In this document: piece by piece, positions 25,235-37,063 of the stretch
Layout: each line of letters begins with the position of its first letter
Numbering within the stretch: position 1 is the stretch's first letter
Source of the DNA: Minutocellus sp. GHC0000111
Taxonomy: Eukaryota
NCBI GenBank assembly: GCA_977018835.1
Contig: OZ361256.1
Span: 6,882,001-6,946,000 of the forward strand
Reading direction: 5' to 3'
DNA: 64,000 nucleotides
Notes under the pieces: generated by a model
The model's database searches: none
Told to the model about the DNA's origin: nothing
The model's input: only the letters and a program-made list of their open reading frames with translations
Translations under genes and position numbers: made by a program

Positions 25235-28200
25235 TCACTTCTTTCCCTTCTTTACTTTCTTTGTCTTTAGCCAATCCGACTTGAGGACTTCAAATGCCGT
25301 TGCGCGCTCTTTAGGATCGAACTCTAGCAATGGAAGCAAAAAGTTGGAAATATCCTCGGCATCCTCGCGGGAAAAGTGGTATTTTTCGTGGAGGACCTCC
25401 TCGATGGGCCAAAACTTAAGTTGTTTGATGTTCCGGAGATTGCCTTTCTTATCGAAAAACTTCTTGGAATACTTGCCACGAAGAGCGAGTTTCTTGGGAA
25501 TTTTGCCGAGCAGTTCTTGGAACATGGCAAGGTGGTCCTCATCGCGGTCATACTCCTCACTGGCCCGAGGATCGAAAAGCAAATCTCCAGTCAACAGCTC
25601 GAATGTCATGCAGCCCAAGGACCAAATGTCAGCAGACGTGTCGTATTTGCTACCAAATAGAACCTCTGGCGCACGGTATTGTCGAGTTTGAATGTCTTCG
25701 CTGAAATGACGGTGAGTCCAGCAAGCATTGCCTAGATCGACAACGACGGCTCTGGCCTTCTCGAGATTGTTCACGTCCTTCAAATCAGGCTGATACGAAG
25801 CACATGCGATTGCCTGCTGCTTCGCGGTCAGAGAGGTTGGTGCGGAACCATTTGCCTTATCGGCACTCTCTTTGTTAGATGAGACGGCATCTCCGCTCGG
25901 ACGCCCACCTTCCTTGAAGCCATTGCCAGACAAGATGGGCAACTCCGAAGCTTCGGCTCTTGGATCGAGGCCAACAAAGTTGTTGACACGGTACTGAATC
26001 GTTTGCCTGGCGTTCCACCAGCGTGCTACCTTGACCATACTGCTATCTGCCAAATCAAAGGAAGCAGCGCCATCGCCGCCCGCTGTTGGTTGAGCAGCAA
26101 AGTCCTTGATTATTCGCAGATCAAAGCCGAACAAAGAAGTTGCCGGTTTGTCAAGAGTGGACATGGCGAGGGAGTGTTTGCAAAGATCGTTGGCCCGATC
26201 GCCGAAAACTACAGGGTCAAGATCCGGGTCTCCATCGTATTGGCCATAGCTGAAAAACATGACGCCCGGAAGACAAGACTCGAGGAATCCGAGGACGACA
26301 GATGTTGAAAGTACTGAGAATTGGACGCTAAAGGTTGAGAAAGGCGGGGATGAAATCTTGTCTGATTCGGAGCCACTGTCACTTTTGTCGCTTTCTGAGC
26401 CTGGTTTGGCACTTGCGAGGTTGCCTTCGATGAGGCCATGAAGCTCAGATAGCGCTTCTCTGTGATCGTCATCCATGCTCTTGCGAGGTGTCTGCTTTAG
26501 ACTAAAGCAAGTGGAGGAACGGTCACCTGATTTTCCAGGGATGGAAAGTTGGCAGACCCATTCTCGGCAATCCCCGGTGCCACCCGCACCATTCCACGGT
26601 ATGCCACCAAGAGCAGCCGTGATGCTATCAGCGAGCTCACCCTCTGATGTGTATGATCGCACAACAAAGGCCACCTCTGCTATGCCATCTCCAGATAAGT
26701 GGTGGTTGCACATTTCCAGGTACTTGTTCAGTTGGGCCTTAGGTGGGCACGAGACGCTCACAGTTTCGTCGAAGACTTCCTTCGCCTTGACGACAGACGG
26801 TGATTCGACAGCCGAAAAGTTCTTGGCGATGAAGGGGCTATGCGATAATCTTGATAATACCCTTTGATGCGAAGTGGGCCCAGCATCAAGATTCCCATTC
26901 TGATATGCTGGTAAATCTTTGAGCACTCTCTCCATCTCGTGATCAGAGAGCGTCATCTTAGCAAGGGCCAACGCAGAGGGGTTGATATGAATAGGAGCGG
27001 AAAGGTCAGCGTCCTCCGCCACCGCAGATTCATCATCGCCATCATCGTCGTCTTCATTATCAGCGTTTCTCTTTTGCTTTTGCCGTCGCTTTTTCAGCTT
27101 CTTCTTCAAACGCTTCCGCTCTTCGGCCGATGTATTGGGATTCTGTATGGCGGCCTCCAATTCTTCGATGGTGACCTCCTCGCTCTGCTTGTTCGCCTCG
27201 GAGGGTGCATTCTGACCCTCAATGGCTTCAAAATCAAGGCCGCTGGCGGCGGAAAGATTGTCGGCAGCAGCAAGCTTGAGCTCCGACGGAAATTCCAGCA
27301 GAACATTTTCTGGCTTCAAGTCGGTGTGAATGATTTCGCACTTGCGGTGCAGAAAGTCCAAGCCCTGCGCAATGTCACGGATCATGTTCTTCACCACCGG
27401 AATCGGTATGCCCCTGTAGTTATACGCCTTGATGACACTCAACAAATTGCATCCCAACATGCGGAACGCCATGCACATGTGACGTCCGTTCGGACCGTTG
27501 TGAAAGAAGGAGTCTGCAAGCGTCGCGATGCGCTGAGAGTGCGATACATTCGTCACCACCGGGATCTTATCCGAATCCTTGGCGCCAAAGTTGGCGTCCA
27601 ATTGTGCCTCGCAACGCTTGCGTTCCGCCACGACGCAGTCCAGGAGTTCCACCTCGTCCATCGCTGCCTCGGTATAGTGCTCGGCCGACTTCTGCACCTT
27701 GATCGCCAGGAATTGGTCGATGAGATCGGCCGTCGATGCCTTCGGCTTGCTCACAAAGTTGCGATCCTTGACCATCCACACCGTCGAGAAGTGTCCCCAA
27801 CCAAGCTTTTTGATGATGACGTATCTATTCGAGATGGAAAAGTAAAGCAGGAGCACAGAAAGTGAGACCAGGTAAAATAAATACAACGACGCCTGTACTG
27901 ACAGTCTTTCTCTCTTCACATGTTTCGTTCTCACCTTTGGTTGTAAACTTCTCCAACCTTGACGGGGTGGTATCCCCCGGGCTTGTACCCGTCTTCTCCT
28001 TCGTCCTCGTCGTCGGTGTAGTCCTCGGCCGACTCGCTGCCACCGTGCGAGTGATGGTCATCCCCATCATCGCTCCCACCATTGTTGGCATGACGCGGAC
28101 GCTCGGCCTCGCTGCCACTTGCATCATCGTCGTCGTCCTCGTCGCTGTTGTCACTGCTGTCGTCGTAGTCATCGTCGTCACCACCACCGGAGGACCGGCT

Positions 28201-30156
28201 GTACTTGTTCTGCCGGTGCTTGCCCCCGCCGCCCTTGTTGAGCGCGGCGATGCCACAGCCGCCGCCACCGCCGCCGCCACCAACTCCAGCCCCGCCCATG
28301 TTCTTGTTCTTGCCAAACATATCGGAAACCCGGGCATTGGTCCATCCGCCCCCCTCGACCTCCTTGGCATTCAATCTCTCCAAGGGATCGAGGTCCATCA
28401 TCAAATCCTCCTCGTCCATGTCGTCCTCGTCCATGTCGTCGGTATCCTCCCCGTCGAAATCGTCGGAATTCTCAAACACCTCCGTGGCGCTGTCGGAATC
28501 GCTGCTATCGATGATGGAATCGGAAACGGCGGGAAGGGCCAGCAGTTCGTTGCCGGCTAGGTCGGATGCGGCACCACCAGTAGCACCGGTAGCACCCCCT
28601 CGAGACGATCCGGGGATGGCATACCGGAGAGGATCGTCATCGTCGTCCTCGTCGTCGAAATCCTCCTCGCTCATGGTGGAGGATCCATCCCCCTCCTCGC
28701 GGTCACTCCCGTCGTCGCTGCTGCCACCCCCCTCGCCGAGCTCGTCCTCCAACACATCCTCCTCCAGCAGATCGTCGTCCTTGTCGAGGCTGCTGTACGA
28801 CAAATGCCGCTCCTCCTTCCGGATGGCCTGGGCGATGACCGCGCTGGCCATGGCGGCGGCGTCCCGGCTCTGCCCGTCCCTTCTGCCTCCGGATGATTTG
28901 CTCGCCGACCTGTTGGCAGTGGCAGCCGTTGCCCTGTCACTTCCGCCGCCGCTGCGGGTGCGGTGCAGGACGATCCGCCGGGCGGCCGCCAGGTCGCTGC
29001 TGCCGCTGCCACTCCCCGCCGCACCGCTGCCACTACCACTGCCGCTTCCGCTTCCACCACCCGACGCTCCAGCCCCGCCCTTTGGCTTGCTCCGCTTGGC
29101 GGCGGCGGCGTCCATCCGGAGCAGCTCGTCGAGCGCCGCCTTGCCCGGGGACATGAACGCGGCGGCCGATGCCGAGGTGTTGACCGGAGGAGGCGGCGGG
29201 GGAGGTGGCACGGCGGCCGCCCGGCGCTTGTCGACCTTGGGCGAGCGCGAGAACGCCGTCGCCTCCCTGTTGCTTCCACCGCTTCCACCACCGCTCAAAC
29301 CCTCTCTGTTGTGATTACCGCTTGTACCACCACCCGCACCGGCCGCCACGGCCAATGCCCCCTCTCTGGCCGCCCGCGCGGACGCCCTCACGGCCGCCGC
29401 GCTGGCCAGGGCCTCCCTCCGCAGCAGCTCCGACGGATCCGACAATGCCGGGGTCGAGTACTCCTTCGCGGACAGGGCGGGCCGGTGGTGCGACGATGCG
29501 GCCACGGCCGGCGAGGAGGAGGCCGTGCCATTGCCGGAGGCAGAGGTGATCGACTTGCCGGTGGCAGATCGGCCGGCGCCGGCGGAGTGCTGCGGCTGCT
29601 CGGCCGACGACAGCTCGACCAGGGCGTCGAGGTCGCGGAGCTGCCGATCGCGGCTGGTGCCCCTTGCGCCTGCGCCGGCGCTGCCGGTGGTAGGACCGCC
29701 AGCGCCGCGCTGGCTGCCGCCCGTGCCGCCGCTGCCGACGCGCTGCACACCAGTTGAAGTGACGATGGCACCGGTAGCAGGAGGCGGCGGGGGAGGGGGC
29801 GGAGGAGGCGCCCCCCGCGACTTCTTCTTGGAGATGGTGCGCAGGATGTCCCGGGCGGTGGCCCGCGCGGTGGTGGACGAGGGGAAGGTCAGCTGCGGAC
29901 CGCCGCTGCCATTGCCGTCACCCCCGTTGCCGCTGCCACCGGAAGCGGCGCCATTGGCGTTCTTGGGGGACGAGCCGGGCGAGGAGGTCGTGGTCTGCCG
30001 AACGTTCTCGTCGGACGGGCCAAAGGAGGACGACAGGTTTTCGTCCCGCGGCGGCGGCGGCGGTGGGGGGACGCCGACGCTATTGCTGGTGCCGGCGTCG
30101 CTCCCGCCGCGCTTCCGGCCGGCGCTGCCGGGGACGGATCGACGGAGGGCCTTCAT
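25235..30156 (-). CDS. SRPK: SR protein kinase (SRPK family) with long low-complexity N-terminus (exons 30156-27935, 27824-25235)
   Basis: YKPGGYHPV, KLGWGHFSTVW, KVQKSAEHYTEAAMDE, IIHTDLKPEN, long spacer, DLGNACW, IQTRQYRAPE, LLFDP...DEDHLA, QLKFWP. Confidence 0.93.
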
Positions 30157-31677
30157 TTTCAAAGGCGTATCTGATCTGGCTTTGGAGGTCGGCCCAAGTG
30201 CGGGGTTGTGCTCGAATGAATCTCGTGCCCCAAGACTTATTTGCGACCGGTGGGAGGTTTACTCCTAGTATGTGCCGGGAAAAAGATACGGCGTCTCCAA
30301 TGTCACCGAGACGCCAACCAGCGGAAGATACCGGCACCAAGATGTAGTGGTGACAACACCCTTGACGTGCGGTCAAGATCAATCAAGCGTATTATTGGGG
30401 CTTGGGTTGGCCGCTGGTGTCGCCTTGGGTTGGGGGAGACGGCGGTCCGGCCAAAAAATGCTGCTGCCACGAGGAACGAGACGGCGGCAAACAACCAAAC
30501 GACGCGACACACGCCACGCGCGAGTGAGAGGGAAATGAGGGCGAGGGAGGTGAAAAGGCCTGTCTTGGCCTGGTTCCGAATGGTCAGATGGAAAGTTTGT
30601 CTTTGGGGAGTTGCGCATTTTGAAGCAGCAGACGCCTGAACATGGGCATGAAAGACTGCTGCTTCTGCCCATGGTCTGAACGGAGCTATCTTCATGTCAC
30701 AAACAACCATTTGTCGGCAGTGCTCTTTCGGCACCTCTCGGTGAGGCGTGAGGTGCCGCCCCCTAACGTCATTGCAGGTCACCACACTTGTTTCACAACG
30801 CCACCATTTTTTTGTTTTGGCAGCAGCAGTGCGTTGTTGTGTGCGCAATCCGTTTCCCTTTGAAGCCATCTGCATTGTTGAAACCTTTTTCGTATCAACT
30901 TTTGGGTTGTAAAAAAAGGATTTCAAGCAAAAGTTGAAGAACCACCAACAAAACATCACACAAGCAAAACATCTCTCTAGTTGCAAGGTTGTCTGGTGAA
31001 AAACCATGGTTGGCCAACTTCTAGAGTGATTTAGAAAAACGGGACCAAAGCAAATTTTGGGTTCCGAGCCGGCCACGCCAGGGCTAATTTGCCCAAGTGA
31101 GCATGGACAAGTGGGCCAATGCCTGCCGGTTGGCTCTCTGTTCGTGTCGCTGTAATGGACCAAACCAGCGTGGTGCTCTTCATCGATCTCTCCTGCAATC
31201 CTCAGATTCACTGCTGCACCCCGCCACCTGATGTGTGCTCTTCATTGGATGGACGAAAGACACAAGGAATCTTTTGAAATGCATGCTGCTGGGGCCTTCG
31301 TCTGACAGGAAGAGGACCCACCTTGCTTCAAAACTTCCTCCTTTGCTTTTTCCCCCCCTGATCATCCCCTCATCCATTCCCAAAAACAAGCGCCATTGAT
31401 GTCTCGCCTTGTGCCTTGTGCCACTTGCCCTGATCCCGCGCGCCGGCCTCGCTTCAACGCTTCGATAACGCTCCCGCTTCGGATTTTTCCCTCGCAACCT
31501 GCCGCGAAAAAAGCAAAGTTTGGTTTTCAGTTGCAGTTTGCTCAGCTCCGGAGGCGTTTGGTTGGAAGACGAATGCCGATGGTTCTCTGCTGAACGACCG
31601 CTGGAAGATAGAGAGAGGGCACTGAGCAGTAGATGCCCCCATTGGATAGAGATAGATATTTGGTTGTGTATTTTACC

Positions 31678-31945
31678 ATGATGAACAGCAGGTGAGTTGT
31701 ATCCATTGCCGGCACGTAACGTGATCGGAAAATTCTTTCGGATGCCCGTGCGATTGAGATAGCCAATGCAAAATAGATACTTCCCGTCCAATGATTGTTC
31801 CATGATACCACTGACCCCCAACTAACCCCCACATGCGTTGCTTTATATCTTTTTACACATTATCAACGCAGCGGCAGCGCCGTCGACGCACCGCTGGTCG
31901 AGAAGTTCGATGCCTTTTCCATCGGACCGGGAGGGGAGGGTCCTA
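31678..31945 (+). pseudogene. Orphaned 5' exons of the PSP1-domain gene (exon 31678-31691, intron 31692-31871, exon 31872-31945), cut off by a transposon
   Basis: ATG ATG AAC AGC AG|GTGAGT...CAG|C gives MMNSSGSAVDAPLVEKFDAFSIGPGGEGP, ending at the TA target site of the mariner element. Confidence 0.6.
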
Positions 31946-33829
31946 CGAAGTCCGTTTCGCGAGAAATCGAGCGCAGGGCCGGGACCAAAAAATGTCGATT
32001 TTTGGGCCCGCAACCCGGACACGGACACATGCATGTAAAGCCGGAACCATCAAAACTGACAAGAGAGCACTACACATGCATGTACGGCATGTGTGTGTAG
32101 TAGCACAAATATAGCTCGAATCAAAATAATCTAGTATTATTTTAAACATAACATAACTTAAAAGCACCGCAGGACTAATTATCCATGGTTGGATCAGCAG
32201 GAGGAGGAGCGATAATTTTCCCATCTATCCGAACCATGCCATTTTCAGTCGGCCTGAAATCCTTTCGCACCCCAACATGAATGCCTTCACCGTTTCCAAG
32301 AAAATCATTGTTGCCTTTTGCAACGATTACCTTCTTTGCAATTCTATGAGCCTGGATGTATGCCGATGCGATCTTCCAGTTTTCCAGCCCCATCCAAACT
32401 TCCTCCGCTGCATCCCAAGTCTGATCTTCTGTCAAAACCTTCAGCCCCTCCCAATCGCGGCTCAACATTGTATGCCGCTTTGACATGCAAGGGAAAACAG
32501 ACAGATCAAGAACATTCATATGGGGCATTTGCGGGGCCTGAGGTTCCCAACGCCATCCCTTGTCCCGACAGTATCCTTCCACATATTCCACAAATTCAGT
32601 CTCGGCATGGGGCCCAGCATTGTCGCCCTGAAAAATAGGGACATAGCCTTCAAACTTTCCACCAGGTCCGACCAAAGCCTCAACATCCGGAAACATCTTG
32701 TTCTCAAATAAAGCTTTCAGTGGGAACTTGGGATTATCAAGGGTGCCATGGCTGCATCCAGTCACCGCGCAATCCACAAGGTATAGATCGTCTTTCTTCC
32801 GAACCACCGGGCCGCAATATTTGATTCTACCATCTGCCTGCCGCACCGCCTCCCTTACCATCTGCCTCGCAATTTTATGCGCCTGAGCCCGAAAAAGTCC
32901 AAGCTTGAACGCAATGCCGCCATTCTCAATGCTGTCAATAAAAGCCAAGGCAGTGACAGCCACCACCATGCACTTGTTGATGTGATTTCGGTGATATGCC
33001 GAGAAGGACCGAGGATCAATACCCAATTCTGCAACTTGCTTGGCATGCGATCGAAGAACCAAGCCCCAAAACCACTTCTCATCGAACATAATAAGGAGAA
33101 ACTTGCCACCGCCGAGCCCCCAATTGTTTCGGAATTTCCGCGCAAATGCCAAATGTTTCTCCATCTGATGGGTAGTAAGGAGAGGGATGATCCTTTCGGC
33201 ATAGTACCGGAACCCTTCCCGCGACATTATCCACCGCCGTGTTGCCGAGTAGGAACACCAAAAGTTGACATCCACCTCCAGCTCCCGCCAAGATTCCCGA
33301 GGATTTCGTATCAGAGCATCAACAATAACATCTCGAATGTATGGCTGCATAGCCAGATGAGATCTCCTCTTCATCTCCCACATCGCCTTCTCAGATGCAG
33401 GTAGAGCACCATGCGCCTTCATCCATCCCGAAAATCGTGCACCATGCTCTGCGCTGGACAGCACCGAATAGTCCACCTTTGCCTGCTCCCTGCACTTGGC
33501 AATTGCAAAGAGACATGGTGCAGTATACCGCCGGGTCGCCGTTGCAAGATCGTCGATGACAGAACGGAAGGCGGCCGAATCAGATGAATCATCGGCACTC
33601 GTTGGGAAGCAGTATACCGGTCCAAGTGCGACGAACGCGTCCATTTGATTAGAGCCGCTGAAATCTAAAGTCTTATCCGAATTATTGTTTCACATGAAGA
33701 TAAATCAAAATTAGAGTAAAAATAGCCATTTTCTTAAATATTTCAGCATGACTATTCTTCGAGGCGCTTTTCAATCCCCTCGAAAGCAGTCAAAAACCGG
33801 GCGCTCGATTTCTCGCGAATCTGACCTCG
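31946..33829 (-). mobile_element. Full-length Tc1/mariner-superfamily DNA transposon (1,884 bp; 29-bp TIRs; TA target duplication)
   Basis: Left TIR 31946-31974 CGAAGTCCGTTTCGCGAGAAATCGAGCGC. Right TIR 33801-33829 (rev. comp. CGAGGTCAGATTCGCGAGAAATCGAGCGC) matches 26/29. TA at 31944-31945 and 33830-33831. Single transposase ORF inside. Confidence 0.92.
32175..33644 (-). CDS. Mariner-like DDD transposase (DD38D)
   Basis: MFDEKWF, FQGDNAGPH, PQMPHMNVLDLSVF; 38 residues between the second and third Asp. Uninterrupted 489 aa. Confidence 0.9.
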   Translation of the reverse strand: MDAFVALGPVYCFPTSADDSSDSAAFRSVIDDLATATRRYTAPCLFAIAKCREQAKVDYSVLSSAEHGARFSGWMKAHGALPASEKAMWEMKRRSHLAMQPYIRDVIVDALIRNPRESWRELEVDVNFWCSYSATRRWIMSREGFRYYAERIIPLLTTHQMEKHLAFARKFRNNWGLGGGKFLLIMFDEKWFWGLVLRSHAKQVAELGIDPRSFSAYHRNHINKCMVVAVTALAFIDSIENGGIAFKLGLFRAQAHKIARQMVREAVRQADGRIKYCGPVVRKKDDLYLVDCAVTGCSHGTLDNPKFPLKALFENKMFPDVEALVGPGGKFEGYVPIFQGDNAGPHAETEFVEYVEGYCRDKGWRWEPQAPQMPHMNVLDLSVFPCMSKRHTMLSRDWEGLKVLTEDQTWDAAEEVWMGLENWKIASAYIQAHRIAKKVIVAKGNNDFLGNGEGIHVGVRKDFRPTENGMVRIDGKIIAPPPADPTMDN

Positions 33830-33979
33830 TAATCCTGCCGCCTGCGATTCCGGAGGTTCCAACAAAGCGCCACCACCTCCAGCCCACCCCGCAACGGCAC
33901 CGGCAGCGGCGGCAGTAGCGCGTACACGTACTCCTCCACGAGCAGCGGCAACCGCGCCCCGGCCCTCACGGCGTCGACC

Positions 33980-36520
33980 ATGTCGACCTACGACGGGGAC
34001 CGGGGCAGCGCCCTGAGCGTCAGCACGGCCAACCTCAACGCCAGCTGCGGCAGCGCCGGTGTCACCATCACCCCGACCCCGACGGGCAGCCCGTCCAACC
34101 GTTCGGCGGGGGCGTATTCCCGTTCGGATGCTGGCAGCGCCGCCGGTGGAGGGGGCGGCATCCTCGGCGGCAGTTCTGGCCATAACAATAACAACCACGG
34201 CCATCCGTCGGGACTCCATACCACCGGCGGTTCGGCGGCCTCCCTGGGATTGGGAGATCGGCGGCCCTCCTCCGCCTCGGGGGGGACCGGCCACCAGCCC
34301 AACCAGGGCACCGTCCCGACCAGCATCGGCCACTACTCGGCCGACAGCTTGGCGGCCTCCCCGCTCATCTTTGACGTCTCCCCCTCGTCATCGTCGGACG
34401 TGTACCGTTCCGGAGGATATTCCAATTCGCTCATCGCCTCGACCGGCGGACACCGGCGAATCATCAGCACGGAATCGTCGAGCGGGGGTCTGCCGCCCCC
34501 TCCGCCGCCGACGCTCGAGCGGGGATCGTCGCAGGAGGTCGATGCCTTCCTTGCGTCCAAGAGCAGTGCTGGGGGTGCCATCGGCAGATCGAACGACCGC
34601 TTCTCCGGAGGCGCGGCCGGTGCCCTCGACGGCGGGGTGGAAAGCTTCGCCAGAGGAGGGGGAGGGGCAGGCATCGCCCCCCGGCCCTTTGGGAGCGCCG
34701 CGAGCAGCCAGACCAGCGGCGGGTCCGAGGACTGTCTGCGCGGACTGGACGCCCTCGCCAACGGTGCCCATGGTGGCAATGGGGGCCGGGAGCGGGCCCA
34801 GACCATGCCCACCACTGCCGATGGCCCTCACCACCACCCTCCCAGCGAGGTGGGAGGAGCAGGACCTTCGGCATCGTACGGAGGATCCTCCTCCCACCAT
34901 CATCGGGACTGGTCGACGTCCGATCAGTTCCTCGGTGGGGGAAACTGGGGAGGAGGGGGCATCGCCTCGAGCCTCAACTCCCAGGCCTCCTCGGCCTCGG
35001 CCTCGGCCTCCCGTCTGCTCAGCTCGTCCGAGCCCCCCAAGACCTCCTACCTCGGTGGCGGCGGTATTGGCGGTGTCGGTGGTCGTCCACCTCTGGCCTC
35101 CAGCAAGACCAACCTATCCGATTTGTCCACGGCTGGTGCCGCCTCGGCCTCGTCGGGTGGTAGTCCACGGGGGCAGGAGCGCGACAATTCCTTCGACTAC
35201 CTCCAGCAGCAGCCATCGTCGTCGTATGGGAGTCACGGTCACACCAACTTTCCCACCCAGCAGCAGCAGCAGCAGCGTTCCATCAGCATCGGGAGTCAGC
35301 AGGAGCAGTACGCCCGGGGTTCCATCGGGGCCTACTCCACGTCGGAGTACTCCCTGTCCATGCCGGAGGACCGGCCCGTCCACGGCGGGGACGCCTACGC
35401 TCCGTCCGCCCATTCGACGAGCAGCCTGTCGGCGGCCCTGCCCCAACCGTTGAATCAGCACGCCCGCTCGTATTCGCAGGGCAGCGCCCCGCCGATGATC
35501 ACCGGTCGGTCGGCCGGCACCCCCCTCTTCGGTGCCAGCGTCCGCGAGCGGTTCGCTACCAGCGATGGCATTGCCGAGCATCAGCAGGCGCAGCAGTATG
35601 CCTCCCAGTACGGAGGGATGCACTCCCATCAGCAGCAGCAGCAGCAGCACATGCTGCCCCGATCCGTCTCGACGGGAAGCAACGTTCTCATGTACGCGAC
35701 GACCGGAGGGAACGGGGGAGAATTCTCATCGATGAGGAGGAGCGACAGCGCACCGGGACACATTGTGTCGTCGTCGGTCCCCTCGTACCAACACTACCAG
35801 GACCAATCTGTCCATGGGGGTAGCAGATTCTCCGCCAATCGCACTTCCTCGTCGTCTTCCATGTACAGCCAGCCGCAGCAGCACCAGCACTACCATCAGC
35901 AGCAGCCCGTGCACCACACAGTCGAGGAGCACCACGAGCCCATCGTCCTGCCGCAGTACGGCGTCGCCACCATGCCCCGCCCGCCGGCCACGTCGGCCAT
36001 GGGCCCCGGCCCCAAGATCGTCTACCACGTCCAGTTCAAGCGGTCCCATCGCTACTTCGTCCTGGGACCCCGGGCTCCCAGGGACATTGAGGTCGGTACC
36101 TTCGTCAAGGTCGAGGCCGACCGTGGCGAGGATCTGGGCAAGATCGTCGACCTGTTGTCGGCCGAGCACTTCAACGCCAACTCTCGAAGCCTCCCCACCG
36201 CCGGCGCTGGCTACGGTGATGGGCAGGGACCTGGGAGCACGTGCGCCGCCGACCTCAAGAGGATCACCCGCCGCGCCACCAAGGAGGAGGTCGATCTTCT
36301 GCCCCTCAAGAACGAGGAGGAGATGGAGCTGGTCAAGATTTGTGGCGACGAGGTCATGCAGCGCGGTCTTCCGATGCGCATCATCGACGCCGAATATCAG
36401 TTCGATCGCCACAAGCTTACCTTCTTCTTCGAGTCCGATTGCCGGGTGGACTTCCGCGAACTGGTTCGGGACCTGTTCAGCATCTATAAGACTCGCATCT
36501 GGATGGAGCAACTCAATTAA
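33980..36520 (+). CDS. PSP1 C-terminal domain protein (3' part of the transposon-split gene)
   Basis: Low-complexity G/S/Q N-terminus, then YHVQFKR, VKVEADRGEDLG, EYQFDRHKLTFFF...VDFRELVRDLFSIYKTRIWM. Confidence 0.9.
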   Translation: MSTYDGDRGSALSVSTANLNASCGSAGVTITPTPTGSPSNRSAGAYSRSDAGSAAGGGGGILGGSSGHNNNNHGHPSGLHTTGGSAASLGLGDRRPSSASGGTGHQPNQGTVPTSIGHYSADSLAASPLIFDVSPSSSSDVYRSGGYSNSLIASTGGHRRIISTESSSGGLPPPPPPTLERGSSQEVDAFLASKSSAGGAIGRSNDRFSGGAAGALDGGVESFARGGGGAGIAPRPFGSAASSQTSGGSEDCLRGLDALANGAHGGNGGRERAQTMPTTADGPHHHPPSEVGGAGPSASYGGSSSHHHRDWSTSDQFLGGGNWGGGGIASSLNSQASSASASASRLLSSSEPPKTSYLGGGGIGGVGGRPPLASSKTNLSDLSTAGAASASSGGSPRGQERDNSFDYLQQQPSSSYGSHGHTNFPTQQQQQQRSISIGSQQEQYARGSIGAYSTSEYSLSMPEDRPVHGGDAYAPSAHSTSSLSAALPQPLNQHARSYSQGSAPPMITGRSAGTPLFGASVRERFATSDGIAEHQQAQQYASQYGGMHSHQQQQQQHMLPRSVSTGSNVLMYATTGGNGGEFSSMRRSDSAPGHIVSSSVPSYQHYQDQSVHGGSRFSANRTSSSSSMYSQPQQHQHYHQQQPVHHTVEEHHEPIVLPQYGVATMPRPPATSAMGPGPKIVYHVQFKRSHRYFVLGPRAPRDIEVGTFVKVEADRGEDLGKIVDLLSAEHFNANSRSLPTAGAGYGDGQGPGSTCAADLKRITRRATKEEVDLLPLKNEEEMELVKICGDEVMQRGLPMRIIDAEYQFDRHKLTFFFESDCRVDFRELVRDLFSIYKTRIWMEQLN

Positions 36521-36651
36521 ACGAGAGAAATTGTTCTCATCTGGATCGGGGTCAAGTCGCCGGCCGAAGTGATACAGGGTCCCTGCTATTTTCATCGGTA
36601 CGACGCATTTTAATTTTATTCTGTTTCCTACATTACTTTATGTTCCGCAAC

Positions 36652-36990
36652 GCCATGATAACAGCAAAGCAAGCAAGCAAAAGCAGCGCTTCGTGGGAGC
36701 TGATAACAACGGTCATCAAGCGCTACAATACAACAATTTGAACAAAGAAACACCGAGAAGGTTGTAAAAGATATATATTACGCATAGAACGATTGGGTAC
36801 ACACCGACGGTGGTGATAGATGTATACCATTATTGTTTATTTTCTTGAGATGGAAGATTAATAAAGATCCAATCCAAGACATTTAGAGAAGAAAAAAAGT
36901 GACGGAAGGTGCCGCCGTCCATAACGACGACGCTCTTCGTCACTGTTATAAAAATACAACATAACACTATAGATAAAGACTTTCATCAAT
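36652..36990 (+). repeat. ~330-bp AT-rich direct repeat, copy A (left of glycan gene group)
   Basis: gccatgataacagcaaagcaagcaagc...ggtcatcaagcgctacaatacaacaatttgaacaaagaaacaccgagaaggttgtaaaagatatatattacgcatagaacgattgg...cactgttataaaa recurs at 43216. The 3' end is more diverged and approximate. Confidence 0.9.
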
Positions 36991-37063
36991 GCATACATAC
37001 ATGAAATTCTTTCGTCGCCCAGATCTGTTAACATTAGACACTCTTGTGCTACACCCTCCTATT

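Noticed and set aside
30303..31821. ORFs of 302 and 213 aa on the minus strand
   Set aside because: No domain-like content; they overlap promoter and decayed sequence.
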